Positions 18,974 through 28,236 of a stretch of DNA of 64,000 nt are shown here, piece by piece. The DNA comes from Fusobacteriota bacterium (GTDB taxonomy: Bacteria; Fusobacteriota; Fusobacteriia; Fusobacteriales; JAAYPW01): the NCBI GenBank assembly GCA_012519615.1, contig JAAYPW010000115.1, forward strand, positions 29,009 through 93,008, read 5' to 3'. Numbering within the stretch: the stretch's first letter is position 1; every line of letters begins with the position of its first letter. Below the pieces are notes generated by a model. It saw nothing but the letters and a program-made list of their open reading frames with translations. It was not told where the DNA came from and searched no databases. The translations under genes and the position numbers were made by a program.

Positions 18974-20317
18974 ATGAATACTATAATAGTAAGTTTAGGA
19001 TGCCATAAAAATCTAGTTGATACTGAAAACATGTTAGGTATTCTTAAAAAAAATAAAAATATAAATCTTATAACAGATCCTTTAAAAGCAGATATTGCTA
19101 TTATAAATACTTGTGGATTTATAAATGATGCAAAAGAGGAGTCTATTAATGCAATATTGGAAATTGCTATGAATAAAGAAATTGGACAACTTAAAAAACT
19201 TATTGTTACAGGGTGTCTTGCACAACGTTACTCGAAAGAATTAATGGATGAAATCCCAGAAATTGATGCAATATTAGGCACTGGAGAAATTGAAAAAATA
19301 GGTAAAGTTATAGAAGAAATATGTTATAAAGAAAAAATAATCGAGATAGAAAATATGGAATTTATATGTAATGCAAGTACAGAAAGATTAATAACCACGC
19401 CTGCTCATGTAGCTTATATTAAAATAGCAGAAGGGTGTGATATGTCATGTTCATATTGTATTATTCCAAAATTAAGAGGTAAATTTAGAAGTAGATCAAT
19501 CGAAGATATTATAAAAGAGGTAGAAAATCTTGTATCTATAGGTGTTAGAGAGTTTAATATTATAGCACAGGAGACTACTGAATACGGAAGAGACATATAT
19601 GGAAAAAAAATGTTACCTGAATTATTAGAAAAAATATCAAAAGTAGATGGGGTAAAATGGATTAAAAACTTTTATACATATCCAGATGATTTTTCTAACG
19701 AACTAATACAAGTTATAAAAAATAATGATAATATTTGTAAATATATAGATATACCGATACAACATGTAAGCGAATCGATTTTAAAAAAAATGAAAAGAAA
19801 TTCCAATTTTGAAAAAATTGAAAATATATTGTATAATATCAGAAAAGAGATTCCCGAGGCAGTTTTTAGAACTTCGTTAATAGTTGGATTTCCTGGTGAA
19901 ACAGAAGAAGATTTTCAAAAATTATATGATTTCACAAAAAAATTTGAATTTGATTATGTAGGAATATTTAAATATTCTCGTGAGGAAGATACTGCAGCTT
20001 TTGATTTATCAAATCAAGTAGATGAGGAGATAAAAGATGAAAGATGGACTAAACTTATTAATTTGCAAAATGATATTATAAATAGGAAGAACTTAAAATA
20101 TATTGATCATATTTTTGATGTGATAATTGATGGAGTTTCTGAAGAAAGCGAGTTTATGTTAGAGGGGAGAACATCATTTCAAGCATATGATATTGATGGA
20201 AAAGTGCTAATTAATGATGGAACTGGTAAAGTAGGTGAAATTGTTAAAGTAAAAATAGAACAAAATTTTGATTATGATTTGTTAGGAGGTATCGTAGAAA
20301 ATGAATTTACCGAATAA
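18974..20317 (+). CDS. rimO: Ribosomal protein S12 methylthiotransferase (radical SAM, MiaB family)
   Basis: Motifs VSLGCHKNLVDTE, radical SAM CDMSCSYC, and a C-terminal TRAM domain. GAAGGGG SD precedes the ATG at 18974; the listed TTG at 18941 lies inside the pnp terminator. Confidence 0.85.
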   Translation: MNTIIVSLGCHKNLVDTENMLGILKKNKNINLITDPLKADIAIINTCGFINDAKEESINAILEIAMNKEIGQLKKLIVTGCLAQRYSKELMDEIPEIDAILGTGEIEKIGKVIEEICYKEKIIEIENMEFICNASTERLITTPAHVAYIKIAEGCDMSCSYCIIPKLRGKFRSRSIEDIIKEVENLVSIGVREFNIIAQETTEYGRDIYGKKMLPELLEKISKVDGVKWIKNFYTYPDDFSNELIQVIKNNDNICKYIDIPIQHVSESILKKMKRNSNFEKIENILYNIRKEIPEAVFRTSLIVGFPGETEEDFQKLYDFTKKFEFDYVGIFKYSREEDTAAFDLSNQVDEEIKDERWTKLINLQNDIINRKNLKYIDHIFDVIIDGVSEESEFMLEGRTSFQAYDIDGKVLINDGTGKVGEIVKVKIEQNFDYDLLGGIVENEFTE

Positions 20318-20831
20318 ATTAACAGTTTTTAGAATGATTATTGTTCTACCATTTATTATATTATTATTTTTAGGTAAAAGTAATATTTGGTACTCTATTG
20401 GAGCAGGTATAATATTCGGAATTGCTTCTCTTACTGATTTTTTAGATGGATACATTGCTAGAAAAAAGGGGATTGTTACTGATTTTGGTAAATTAATGGA
20501 TCCTCTTGCTGATAAAATTTTGGTATTATCGGCGTTGATTTGTTTTATTGAACTTGGGTATATTCCTGCTTGGATGGTTATTATCATTGTTATTAGAGAA
20601 TTTCTTGTAACAGGAATAAGGGTTATTGCTGCATCAAAAGGGGAAATAATTCCCGCAGGCAAATTAGGAAAATACAAAACAATATCACAAATGATAGCAA
20701 TACCGATAATATTATTAATTAGAAATGAGTATGTATTAGCAAATCAATTAATTATGTTGATACCAGTTATATTAACAGTATGGTCTGGTTATCAGTATGT
20801 AATGAATTCAAAAGAATACTTTAAACACTAG
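20301..20831 (+). CDS. pgsA: CDP-diacylglycerol--glycerol-3-phosphate 3-phosphatidyltransferase
   Basis: CDP-alcohol phosphatidyltransferase motif DFLDGYIARKKGIVTDFGKLMDPLADK, in a multi-TM protein. Confidence 0.9.
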   Translation: MNLPNKLTVFRMIIVLPFIILLFLGKSNIWYSIGAGIIFGIASLTDFLDGYIARKKGIVTDFGKLMDPLADKILVLSALICFIELGYIPAWMVIIIVIREFLVTGIRVIAASKGEIIPAGKLGKYKTISQMIAIPIILLIRNEYVLANQLIMLIPVILTVWSGYQYVMNSKEYFKH

Positions 20832-20853
20832 ATTTATGGAGGATGTATATATA

Positions 20854-21666
20854 ATGAAACTTGGATTTATAGGTGCCGGTAAAATGGCAGAAGCATATAT
20901 TAGTGCTTTGGAAAAAGATAATGAAATAGTTTATATAGAGAAAAATATTGAAAGAGATGAATATATAAAATCTAAATATAGAGTAGAATCCCAAAAAAAT
21001 CTATCTTATTTAATTAAGGATTCCGATTTTATAATACTTGCAGTTAAACCTCAAAATATTGAGGAAGTTTTAACTGAAATATCAAAATTGGATATAAAAA
21101 TGGAAGAATTATCTAACAAAATATTTATATCAATAGCTGCTGGAATTAAAATTAAAACAATAGAAAAATATTTAAATAAGAATAATATTAAAATTGTTAG
21201 AGTTATGCCAAATACACCTGCAGCAATAAAAAAAGGGATATCTGCATATACTTTAAATGATAATATTAAATCAAGTGAAGAAATTTTTGATATTGAAACT
21301 ATTTTAAAGGCAACAGGTGAAATTGTTTATGTAAATGAAAAAGATTTGGATATTGTAACTGCAATATCAGGAAGTGGACCTGCATATGTATTTGTTATGT
21401 TAAATGCAATTGCTGATGCTGGTGTGAAAAACGGACTAACTAAAGATTTAGCTCTGAAATTTGCAGTGGAAACATTTATTGGAGCATCATATTTAGTAAA
21501 ACAAAGTGGTGAACATCCAGAAAAATTAAAAGACAGTGTTACATCTCCTAGCGGAACTACTGCAGCAGGCTTAGCTATGTTAGAAAAAAATAATATTAGA
21601 ACAGTATTAATTGAAACTATAGATGCTGCTTATAATAAATCAATAGAGCTTGGTAAAGGGGAGTGA
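20854..21666 (+). CDS. proC: Pyrroline-5-carboxylate reductase
   Basis: Motifs MKLGFIGAGKMAEA, VRVMPNTPA and SPSGTTAAGL. An alternative start is at 20836. Confidence 0.9.
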   Translation: MKLGFIGAGKMAEAYISALEKDNEIVYIEKNIERDEYIKSKYRVESQKNLSYLIKDSDFIILAVKPQNIEEVLTEISKLDIKMEELSNKIFISIAAGIKIKTIEKYLNKNNIKIVRVMPNTPAAIKKGISAYTLNDNIKSSEEIFDIETILKATGEIVYVNEKDLDIVTAISGSGPAYVFVMLNAIADAGVKNGLTKDLALKFAVETFIGASYLVKQSGEHPEKLKDSVTSPSGTTAAGLAMLEKNNIRTVLIETIDAAYNKSIELGKGE

Positions 21667-21673
21667 TTAGAGA

Positions 21674-21967
21674 ATGCGTATATTTTTTCTACTTTTAGAG
21701 AGAAGCTTAAGAATAATTGAAACACTTCTTATAATTAGAATAATATTAAGCTGGGTACTACCAGGAAACTTCTTTTATAGTATGTCAAGAGGTGGATTTT
21801 CAGAGCTTTTAAGTGATTTAGTTAAAGCGATATATAAAGTTACTGACCCGATTTTAAAACCTTTTAGGATTATAATTCCATTAGGTGGAGCAATGTTAGA
21901 TATCGGACCTATTGTTGTATTTTTTATAATAAGAATACTAAGAGGTATATTAGCTTTTCTGGCTTAA
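21674..21967 (+). CDS. yggT: YggT-family small membrane protein
   Basis: 97 aa with two hydrophobic segments and a YggT-like LLIIRIILSWV motif. It lies next to proC, a pairing common in other bacteria. Confidence 0.65.
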   Translation: MRIFFLLLERSLRIIETLLIIRIILSWVLPGNFFYSMSRGGFSELLSDLVKAIYKVTDPILKPFRIIIPLGGAMLDIGPIVVFFIIRILRGILAFLA

Positions 21968-22067
21968 AGATTGTATACTCTCTTTTTGTATTTATATTTG
22001 TTAAAAAAATATCAATCTAATAATAATTGAAAATAATGCAAATAATGTATATTTAGGAGGAAAATTA

Positions 22068-22412
22068 ATGAAATTAAATGATATTGCAAAACTTCTTAAT
22101 GCAAGTATAATAACATGTGAGGATAAAATAGATAATATTGAAGTTGATTTTGTAGGGGCTGCAGATCTTATGAGTGAGGTATTAGCATTTACGAAAGAAA
22201 ATTCTGTACTACTAACTGGACTAACTACACCACAGGTTATTAGAACTGCACAAATGGTTGAATTAAGTGCTATAATATTTGTAAGAGGTAAGATGCCATT
22301 AGAGGAAACAATTAATTTATCGAAGGCAACAAAAATACCGTTATTAGTTACAAATGAATTACTATATACATCTTGTGGTAAGTTATATGAAAAAGGTTTA
22401 AAAAATTGCTAA
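22068..22412 (+). CDS. DRTGG-domain protein
   Basis: 114 aa. VLLTGLTTPQVIRTAQMVELSAIIFVRGK resembles the DRTGG domain. Confidence 0.6.
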   Translation: MKLNDIAKLLNASIITCEDKIDNIEVDFVGAADLMSEVLAFTKENSVLLTGLTTPQVIRTAQMVELSAIIFVRGKMPLEETINLSKATKIPLLVTNELLYTSCGKLYEKGLKNC

Positions 22413-22425
22413 AAGGGGTTTTTTT

Positions 22426-23367
22426 ATGGAAAATAAAGAGATGAGAATATTAGAAAAGTATAAGTTTTTTTTTAAGGATTTAACTGCATGTAAAATAATG
22501 AACAGGATGATAATATATTTAAAAGAAGATAATACAATTGCTGAAGCAAAATCTATTATGAAAAATGAGAAAATATCTGGAATCCCAATAGTTGATGATG
22601 CCAAAAATCTTATAAATATTATCTCTACAGAGGATATTATTTGTGCGCTGGAAGATGGAATTATTGACTGCAAAATAAAAGTATTGGGAAGAAAAAATCT
22701 TATCTCTTTTAGAGATGATGATAATTTTGGTGAAATACTAGAACAACATGCAAAATATGCATATGGTAGATATCCAGTAGTAAATCAGGATAATAAGCTA
22801 GTTGGTATTATTACAAAGCATGATCTATTATATGCTGTGATATCAAAATTATCAGTATTGTATCTTCACGATGAAAGAAGAAAAGAGATTTTAGATTCTC
22901 CATTATCTATATACATAAAAAACACACATAAATATAATAAACCAAAATTTGTATTTAACATAAATAATAATGATGTGAATAGTTCTGGGGAAGGATCGGC
23001 GCTTTTAAAAAATTATTTATTAGAAAAAAATATTGATAAAACATTAGTTCGAAAAATAAGTATTTCAACCTATGAAGCGGAAGTAAATGTTGTAATTCAT
23101 GGTGGCGGAGTAGGAAAAATTATTGCAAATATAACTGATGACTCTATAATTGTATATGTTGAAGATTTAGGACCAGGGATAGAAAACATAGATAAAGCTT
23201 TAGAAGCAGGATTTTCTACAGCACCGGAATATATACGTAGTTTAGGATTTGGTGCAGGTATGGGATTACCAAATATTAAGAGATTTGCTGATAAACTGGT
23301 AATTACTTCAGAAAAAAATAATGGTACTAAAGTAGAAATGGTATTTTGGGTAAATGAAGTAAAATAA
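22426..23367 (+). CDS. CBS-pair + HATPase_c (anti-sigma-factor/Ser kinase-like ATPase) protein
   Basis: Two N-terminal CBS motifs (ISGIPIVDD..., RYPVVNQDNKLVGIITKHDL). The C-terminal GHKL ATPase has N, G1 and G2 boxes (VNVVIHG, EDLGPGI, GFGAGMGLPNIKR). Confidence 0.7.
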   Translation: MENKEMRILEKYKFFFKDLTACKIMNRMIIYLKEDNTIAEAKSIMKNEKISGIPIVDDAKNLINIISTEDIICALEDGIIDCKIKVLGRKNLISFRDDDNFGEILEQHAKYAYGRYPVVNQDNKLVGIITKHDLLYAVISKLSVLYLHDERRKEILDSPLSIYIKNTHKYNKPKFVFNINNNDVNSSGEGSALLKNYLLEKNIDKTLVRKISISTYEAEVNVVIHGGGVGKIIANITDDSIIVYVEDLGPGIENIDKALEAGFSTAPEYIRSLGFGAGMGLPNIKRFADKLVITSEKNNGTKVEMVFWVNEVK

Positions 23368-24040
23368 TATAATATTAGAATAGCATCTATAAGAAAATAA
23401 TTTTAGATATAATTATTACTAATTATGTATAATATAATATTCGTTTATGGAGAATAATTCTTTTGTATAAAATAGAGGATTAAATTCTTACTATGTTATA
23501 TGGTCTGAGATGAGAAAAGGAGATATCATTATTTCTAAATCATAATATTATTTTAAAAAACAAATTTTAGTAATATAACTAATTATTTATTTTTAAAAGA
23601 ATTTTATAATGATGACTTAATTCAAAATGACGAGCATATAAAGTTTAATTATAAATTTATAAATAAAATCAAAAAAAATAAAATATAAAAAGATTTAGAA
23701 AATAGAAAAGACTTTTTAGGAAAAAGAAATAAACTTATAAATAAAAAATCATATATTGAAAAGAGATAAATAATTCTCTAATAAATAATAATTTTTTATA
23801 GCAATAAGATCTAAAATTATGTAGATTATAGGGAAAAATGAATAACTGATTTTAATTATGATTTATTATCGAATACTTCATTTAAAATTGATTTTAAAAG
23901 AAAACTTACTGACAAATTAATTAATTTTTATTTTAAAAAATTAATTAAAATCTTTAGAAAATAGATAGTAACGGTTATAAAAATAAAAAATGTATAATCA
24001 AAAATAATTGATATATATTAAAAAAAATTATAATTTATAA

Positions 24041-24077
24041 AAGGTGATACTATTTTGTATTACCTTATTTTTTATTT
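24041..24077 (+). terminator. Orphan terminator-like hairpin 45 nt upstream of the dinG-like gene
   Basis: 10-bp stem (24041-24050 pairs with 24057-24066, one G-U pair) with a 6-nt loop, then ATTTTTTATTT. No annotated gene ends here. Confidence 0.5.
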
Positions 24078-24104
24078 GAATTTTACTTTTTAGTATGATA
24101 TAAT
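24076..24104 (+). promoter_or_regulatory. Putative promoter of the JAB-DinG gene
   Basis: TTGAAT (24076-24081), 17-nt spacer, TATAAT (24099-24104). Confidence 0.45.
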
Positions 24105-24119
24105 AAATATGGTGATGAA

Positions 24120-26582
24120 ATGGATATAACAAAACTAATTAGCAGTGAAGTAATTATTGATATTAAAAATGAGATTAATCTTTCTAATGGAAATGAGATA
24201 TTTTTTAAAGGTATTATTGATAAAAAAGGTATGGTAATTGATGTAGAGGTATTGGCAAGAGGAAATAGATCTTCAGTAAGTGCCATATTAAAAAAAATGA
24301 AAAAAAACGAAGCAATTATACATAATCATCCATCTGGTCTTCTTACACCTTCAGATAATGATATACAAATTTCTTCTATTTATTGTAATAATTATGGAGG
24401 AGCAAGTTATATTATAAATAATGATGCAACAGAGATATATGTTATCGTTCCGTATAAAGAAGAGAAATTTGAAAAAATATCAATAGAAAATTACTTTAAG
24501 AAAAATGGGAATATAGAAAGTAAATTTACAAATTATGAATATAGAAAAGAACAACAAGATATGGCTATATCAATAGAAGATGGTTTAAATACTGGTAAAA
24601 AAGTTATTATTGAAGCAGGTACTGGTACTGGTAAAACTTTAGCTTATCTCATTCCACTTGTTGAATTTAGTTTACTTAATAATATTCGCGGTATAGTTTC
24701 AACGAATACAATAAATTTACAAGAACAACTATTATCAAAGGATCTGCCACTTGTAAGTAAAATAATTAATAAAAATTTTAAATATTCACTTGTAAAGGGA
24801 AGGTCGAATTTCCTATGTATAAGAAAAGCTAAAAATATAAAATTAAATGAATTTAATGAATTAAATGATGTGCAAAAAAAAGAACTTACAGAGGTATTAA
24901 ACTGGGCATCACAGACAAACTACGGAGATAGAAATGAATTATTTTTTGAAGTGAATTATGAAGTATGGGATATGGTTAATAGTGAAAGTGATTTCTGTCT
25001 TAAAACAAAATGTCCGTATAAAGATAGATGTTATTTTAATATATCAAGAAAAAACTTATTATCATCAGATATACTAATTGTAAATCATCATATGTTTTTT
25101 TCAGATTTAGATATTCGAAAAGAATTAGGATTTTATACAAATTACTCAATTTTACCAGATTATAATTCCATTGTTTTTGATGAGGCACATAATATAGAAT
25201 CCGTTGCAAGAGATTATTTTAGTTTTAAAGTATCAAAATATGCATTTAATAAAACTATGAATAAAATTTATAATGTAAAGGGTACAAAAAAGGGGATTGG
25301 CGGGAGTATTATTAAAGTGTTATCATTTTTAAATGATGAAGTAAATAATAGTGAATTTATAAAATCAATACATTTTTATTTTGATAACTATTTTCAAATT
25401 GCGCATAAGAATTTATTAGAAAAAGGAAATGATTTTTTTAATGATTTTATAAACTATTTTTCAAATAAAATAAGTTCCGGTGAGACTAAAATACGACTTA
25501 CTAATGAAAATATTTTAAATAATACAGAATGGGAAAACATAATTTTAAATAAATTTGATAATTTAAAGTCCGAATATATAAGGTACCAAAAAATAATTAA
25601 AGAATTTAGTGATATTATTGATGAACTTAATATTGATGATGATAATGGTATAATTAGTGATTTTTTTACATATGTTGAAAAATTAAGTGTATTTTTTAAG
25701 AATTTTGATTTTATATTAAAACGAGAAGACGGTGAATATGTATATTGGGTAGAGATTAGCATTAAAGTTTCAAATATTATTATTAGTGCGACACCGCTAT
25801 CAATTTCAGAAAATTTAAATAAAAACCTTTATGAAAAAATATCTAATATAATTTTTACTTCTGCAACTTTAGCGATAAATAATAAATTTGACTACTTTAA
25901 AAATACAGTTGGTATTAATGAAAAAATTATAGATAAAGTAATTGACTCTCCTTTTAATTATAAAGAGCAGATGAAAGTAATTGTACCAACTGATATATCA
26001 CTACCAAAGGATAAAAATTTTATAATGAGTATAAAAGACTTTATAGTAGATATGTTGATAAAAACAAATGGAAATACATTTATTTTGTTTACATCGTATA
26101 ACGCTATGAATAGTCTCTATAAATTAATTGAAAATAGATTGTATGACTTGGGATTTGATATACTACTTCAAGGTAAAATGCCGCGAAATAAACTTTTAGA
26201 AACATATAAATTAAGTCCGAAACCAGTACTTTTTGGAACAGATAGTTTTTGGGAAGGCGTTGATGTACAAGGGGAAAAACTAAAATCAGTGATTATTGTA
26301 AAAATACCTTTTAAAGTACCAACGGAACCAGTAATAGAAGCAATAATTGAAAATATAACTAATAATGGTGGTAATTCTTTTATGGAATATCAAGTTCCAG
26401 AAGCTGTAATTAAATTTAAACAAGGTATAGGTAGACTTATTCGTAGTAAGAAAGATTCGGGATATTTAACAATACTAGATACACGTGTATTAAATAAAAC
26501 TTATGGTAAAACATTTTATAAAATTTTAGAAAAAGGGGATATTATTGTAGATAAAAAAGATCAAATTATAGAAAAAATTTAA
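24120..26582 (+). CDS. dinG: DinG/XPD-family Fe-S DNA helicase with an N-terminal RadC-like JAB/MPN domain
   Basis: The N-terminal ~110 aa carry HNHPSGLLTPSDND, which fits HxHx7Sx2D. The rest has Walker A EAGTGTGKT, four Cys (FLCIRK, DFCLKTKCPYKDRCYF), DEAH box VFDEAHNIE, and C-terminal helicase motifs (FGTDSFWEGVD, KQGIGRLIRS). Confidence 0.85.
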   Translation: MDITKLISSEVIIDIKNEINLSNGNEIFFKGIIDKKGMVIDVEVLARGNRSSVSAILKKMKKNEAIIHNHPSGLLTPSDNDIQISSIYCNNYGGASYIINNDATEIYVIVPYKEEKFEKISIENYFKKNGNIESKFTNYEYRKEQQDMAISIEDGLNTGKKVIIEAGTGTGKTLAYLIPLVEFSLLNNIRGIVSTNTINLQEQLLSKDLPLVSKIINKNFKYSLVKGRSNFLCIRKAKNIKLNEFNELNDVQKKELTEVLNWASQTNYGDRNELFFEVNYEVWDMVNSESDFCLKTKCPYKDRCYFNISRKNLLSSDILIVNHHMFFSDLDIRKELGFYTNYSILPDYNSIVFDEAHNIESVARDYFSFKVSKYAFNKTMNKIYNVKGTKKGIGGSIIKVLSFLNDEVNNSEFIKSIHFYFDNYFQIAHKNLLEKGNDFFNDFINYFSNKISSGETKIRLTNENILNNTEWENIILNKFDNLKSEYIRYQKIIKEFSDIIDELNIDDDNGIISDFFTYVEKLSVFFKNFDFILKREDGEYVYWVEISIKVSNIIISATPLSISENLNKNLYEKISNIIFTSATLAINNKFDYFKNTVGINEKIIDKVIDSPFNYKEQMKVIVPTDISLPKDKNFIMSIKDFIVDMLIKTNGNTFILFTSYNAMNSLYKLIENRLYDLGFDILLQGKMPRNKLLETYKLSPKPVLFGTDSFWEGVDVQGEKLKSVIIVKIPFKVPTEPVIEAIIENITNNGGNSFMEYQVPEAVIKFKQGIGRLIRSKKDSGYLTILDTRVLNKTYGKTFYKILEKGDIIVDKKDQIIEKI

Positions 26583-26620
26583 ATTATATTTAAAAAAAAT
26601 ATGTTTAACGTAATAATAAC

Positions 26621-26649
26621 TTGAATTCTTTTTATAAATGTGGTATTAT
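26621..26649 (+). promoter_or_regulatory. Putative promoter of the NlpC/P60 tandem
   Basis: TTGAAT (26621-26626), 17-nt spacer, TATTAT (26644-26649) with TG 2 nt upstream. Confidence 0.4.
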
Positions 26650-26735
26650 AGTACATAAAAGTTAGAAATTACTTAAAAATGAAAATAATGTTCAAAATTT
26701 ATTCAATTCAAATATAATATTGAAAGGGGAAAATA

Positions 26736-28220
26736 TTGATTAGTTTAGAAAAATATTTAAAAACTGGGTTAATTGTAAGCATTATTTTGATAAATATAGG
26801 TTGTAAAAAAATACCAAAAAATAATGAAGTAACACAAATTAAAATAGAAAACACTGTATCGGAAGTTATTATTGAAAAAACTGAAAATATTACTACTAAA
26901 TCTGATGAAGTTGTCTATAAAGAACTTTTAGATGATAAAATTTCTCATAATAAGAATGTGTTAAATGAGATTGATTATTATAATTATGATGAAAATTTTT
27001 TCATTGAAAATATAATTGAACCAAATAAAATCATTATGAATAAATCCGAAATTATAAATTTTAATAAAAAAAATATTTTAGATAATGATTTTATGTATAA
27101 TATATCAGAATTTTTCGATTTTCTTAAAGGGGAAGAGATTAATAAAAGGATATTAACTGTAAGTACACCATCAAAATACAATAGATATAAAAAAAATGGA
27201 TTAATAATGTCAGAAGATGATTATAAAATATTACATGAAAATCTTAATTTAAAAACTAATATTAATGATGATTATCCTATAAAATTTGGTATTTGTGTAA
27301 ATAGAACTATTATGAAATCATACCCTACAGATATACAAATATCAGTTTTACCAGGCGATATAGCTTATGATAGATTTACTGAATCGGCAATATATCCTAA
27401 TGAATCAATGGCAATTTTAAATGAAAGTACTGATAATAATTGGTATTTTGTTCAAGTCTTTCATTCTGCTGGATGGGTAAAAAAAGAAGATATTGGTTTG
27501 TGTAAAAAAGATATAATTATAGATTCTGAAAAAAATGAAAATTTTGCTATTGTAACAGATAAAATGATTAACATTGTTTATTATGATAACAATTTAGGTG
27601 AAATTAATAATATTAGTTATGATATGGGTGTAAAAATAAAAATAAAAGATGTAGATAATAAGAGTGACTATATTTTAGGATATTTACCATTTAAAGATGA
27701 GAAAAATAATCTTATTTATAAAAAATTAAATTTAGAGAGAAAAAGTCTGAATATAGGTTATTTACCATATACAAAAGAAAATCTCATTAAGCAATCATTT
27801 AAGTTTTTAGGAGAATATTATGGTTGGGGGGGATTAAATAATTCAAGAGATTGTTCTGCTTTTTTACAAGATATATATAGAACTTTTGGGATACAAATAC
27901 CGCGAAATTCATCCCAACAGGGAAAATATTCCATAGGTAAAACACTTAATTTTATTGAACAAGATGATTTTAATAGTAAATATACAATGTTGAAAGATAT
28001 GGAAATGGGTGCAGGAATATATATACCTGGACATGTTATGATGTATTTAGGGGAATATAATGGGAAACACTATGTAATACATACATTTACTGGATATTAT
28101 AGAGATAATAAATATGTTGATGTGATGAAAGGTGCAATAACTACACTTGATATAAAATCAAAAGATGGAAAAACATATTTAGAAAAAGTGTATGCTGTGA
28201 AAGAATTTATATATAAATAA
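26736..28220 (+). CDS. NlpC/P60 cysteine peptidase lipoprotein with SH3b-like domains (YkfC-like)
   Basis: Lipobox LINIGC. The catalytic region reads GWGGLNNSRDCSAFLQDIYRTFGIQIPRNSSQQ ... GHVMMYLG ... VIHTF. TTG start after AAAGGGGA. Confidence 0.8.
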   Translation: MISLEKYLKTGLIVSIILINIGCKKIPKNNEVTQIKIENTVSEVIIEKTENITTKSDEVVYKELLDDKISHNKNVLNEIDYYNYDENFFIENIIEPNKIIMNKSEIINFNKKNILDNDFMYNISEFFDFLKGEEINKRILTVSTPSKYNRYKKNGLIMSEDDYKILHENLNLKTNINDDYPIKFGICVNRTIMKSYPTDIQISVLPGDIAYDRFTESAIYPNESMAILNESTDNNWYFVQVFHSAGWVKKEDIGLCKKDIIIDSEKNENFAIVTDKMINIVYYDNNLGEINNISYDMGVKIKIKDVDNKSDYILGYLPFKDEKNNLIYKKLNLERKSLNIGYLPYTKENLIKQSFKFLGEYYGWGGLNNSRDCSAFLQDIYRTFGIQIPRNSSQQGKYSIGKTLNFIEQDDFNSKYTMLKDMEMGAGIYIPGHVMMYLGEYNGKHYVIHTFTGYYRDNKYVDVMKGAITTLDIKSKDGKTYLEKVYAVKEFIYK

Positions 28221-28236
28221 AATAAGGAGGAAAAAA

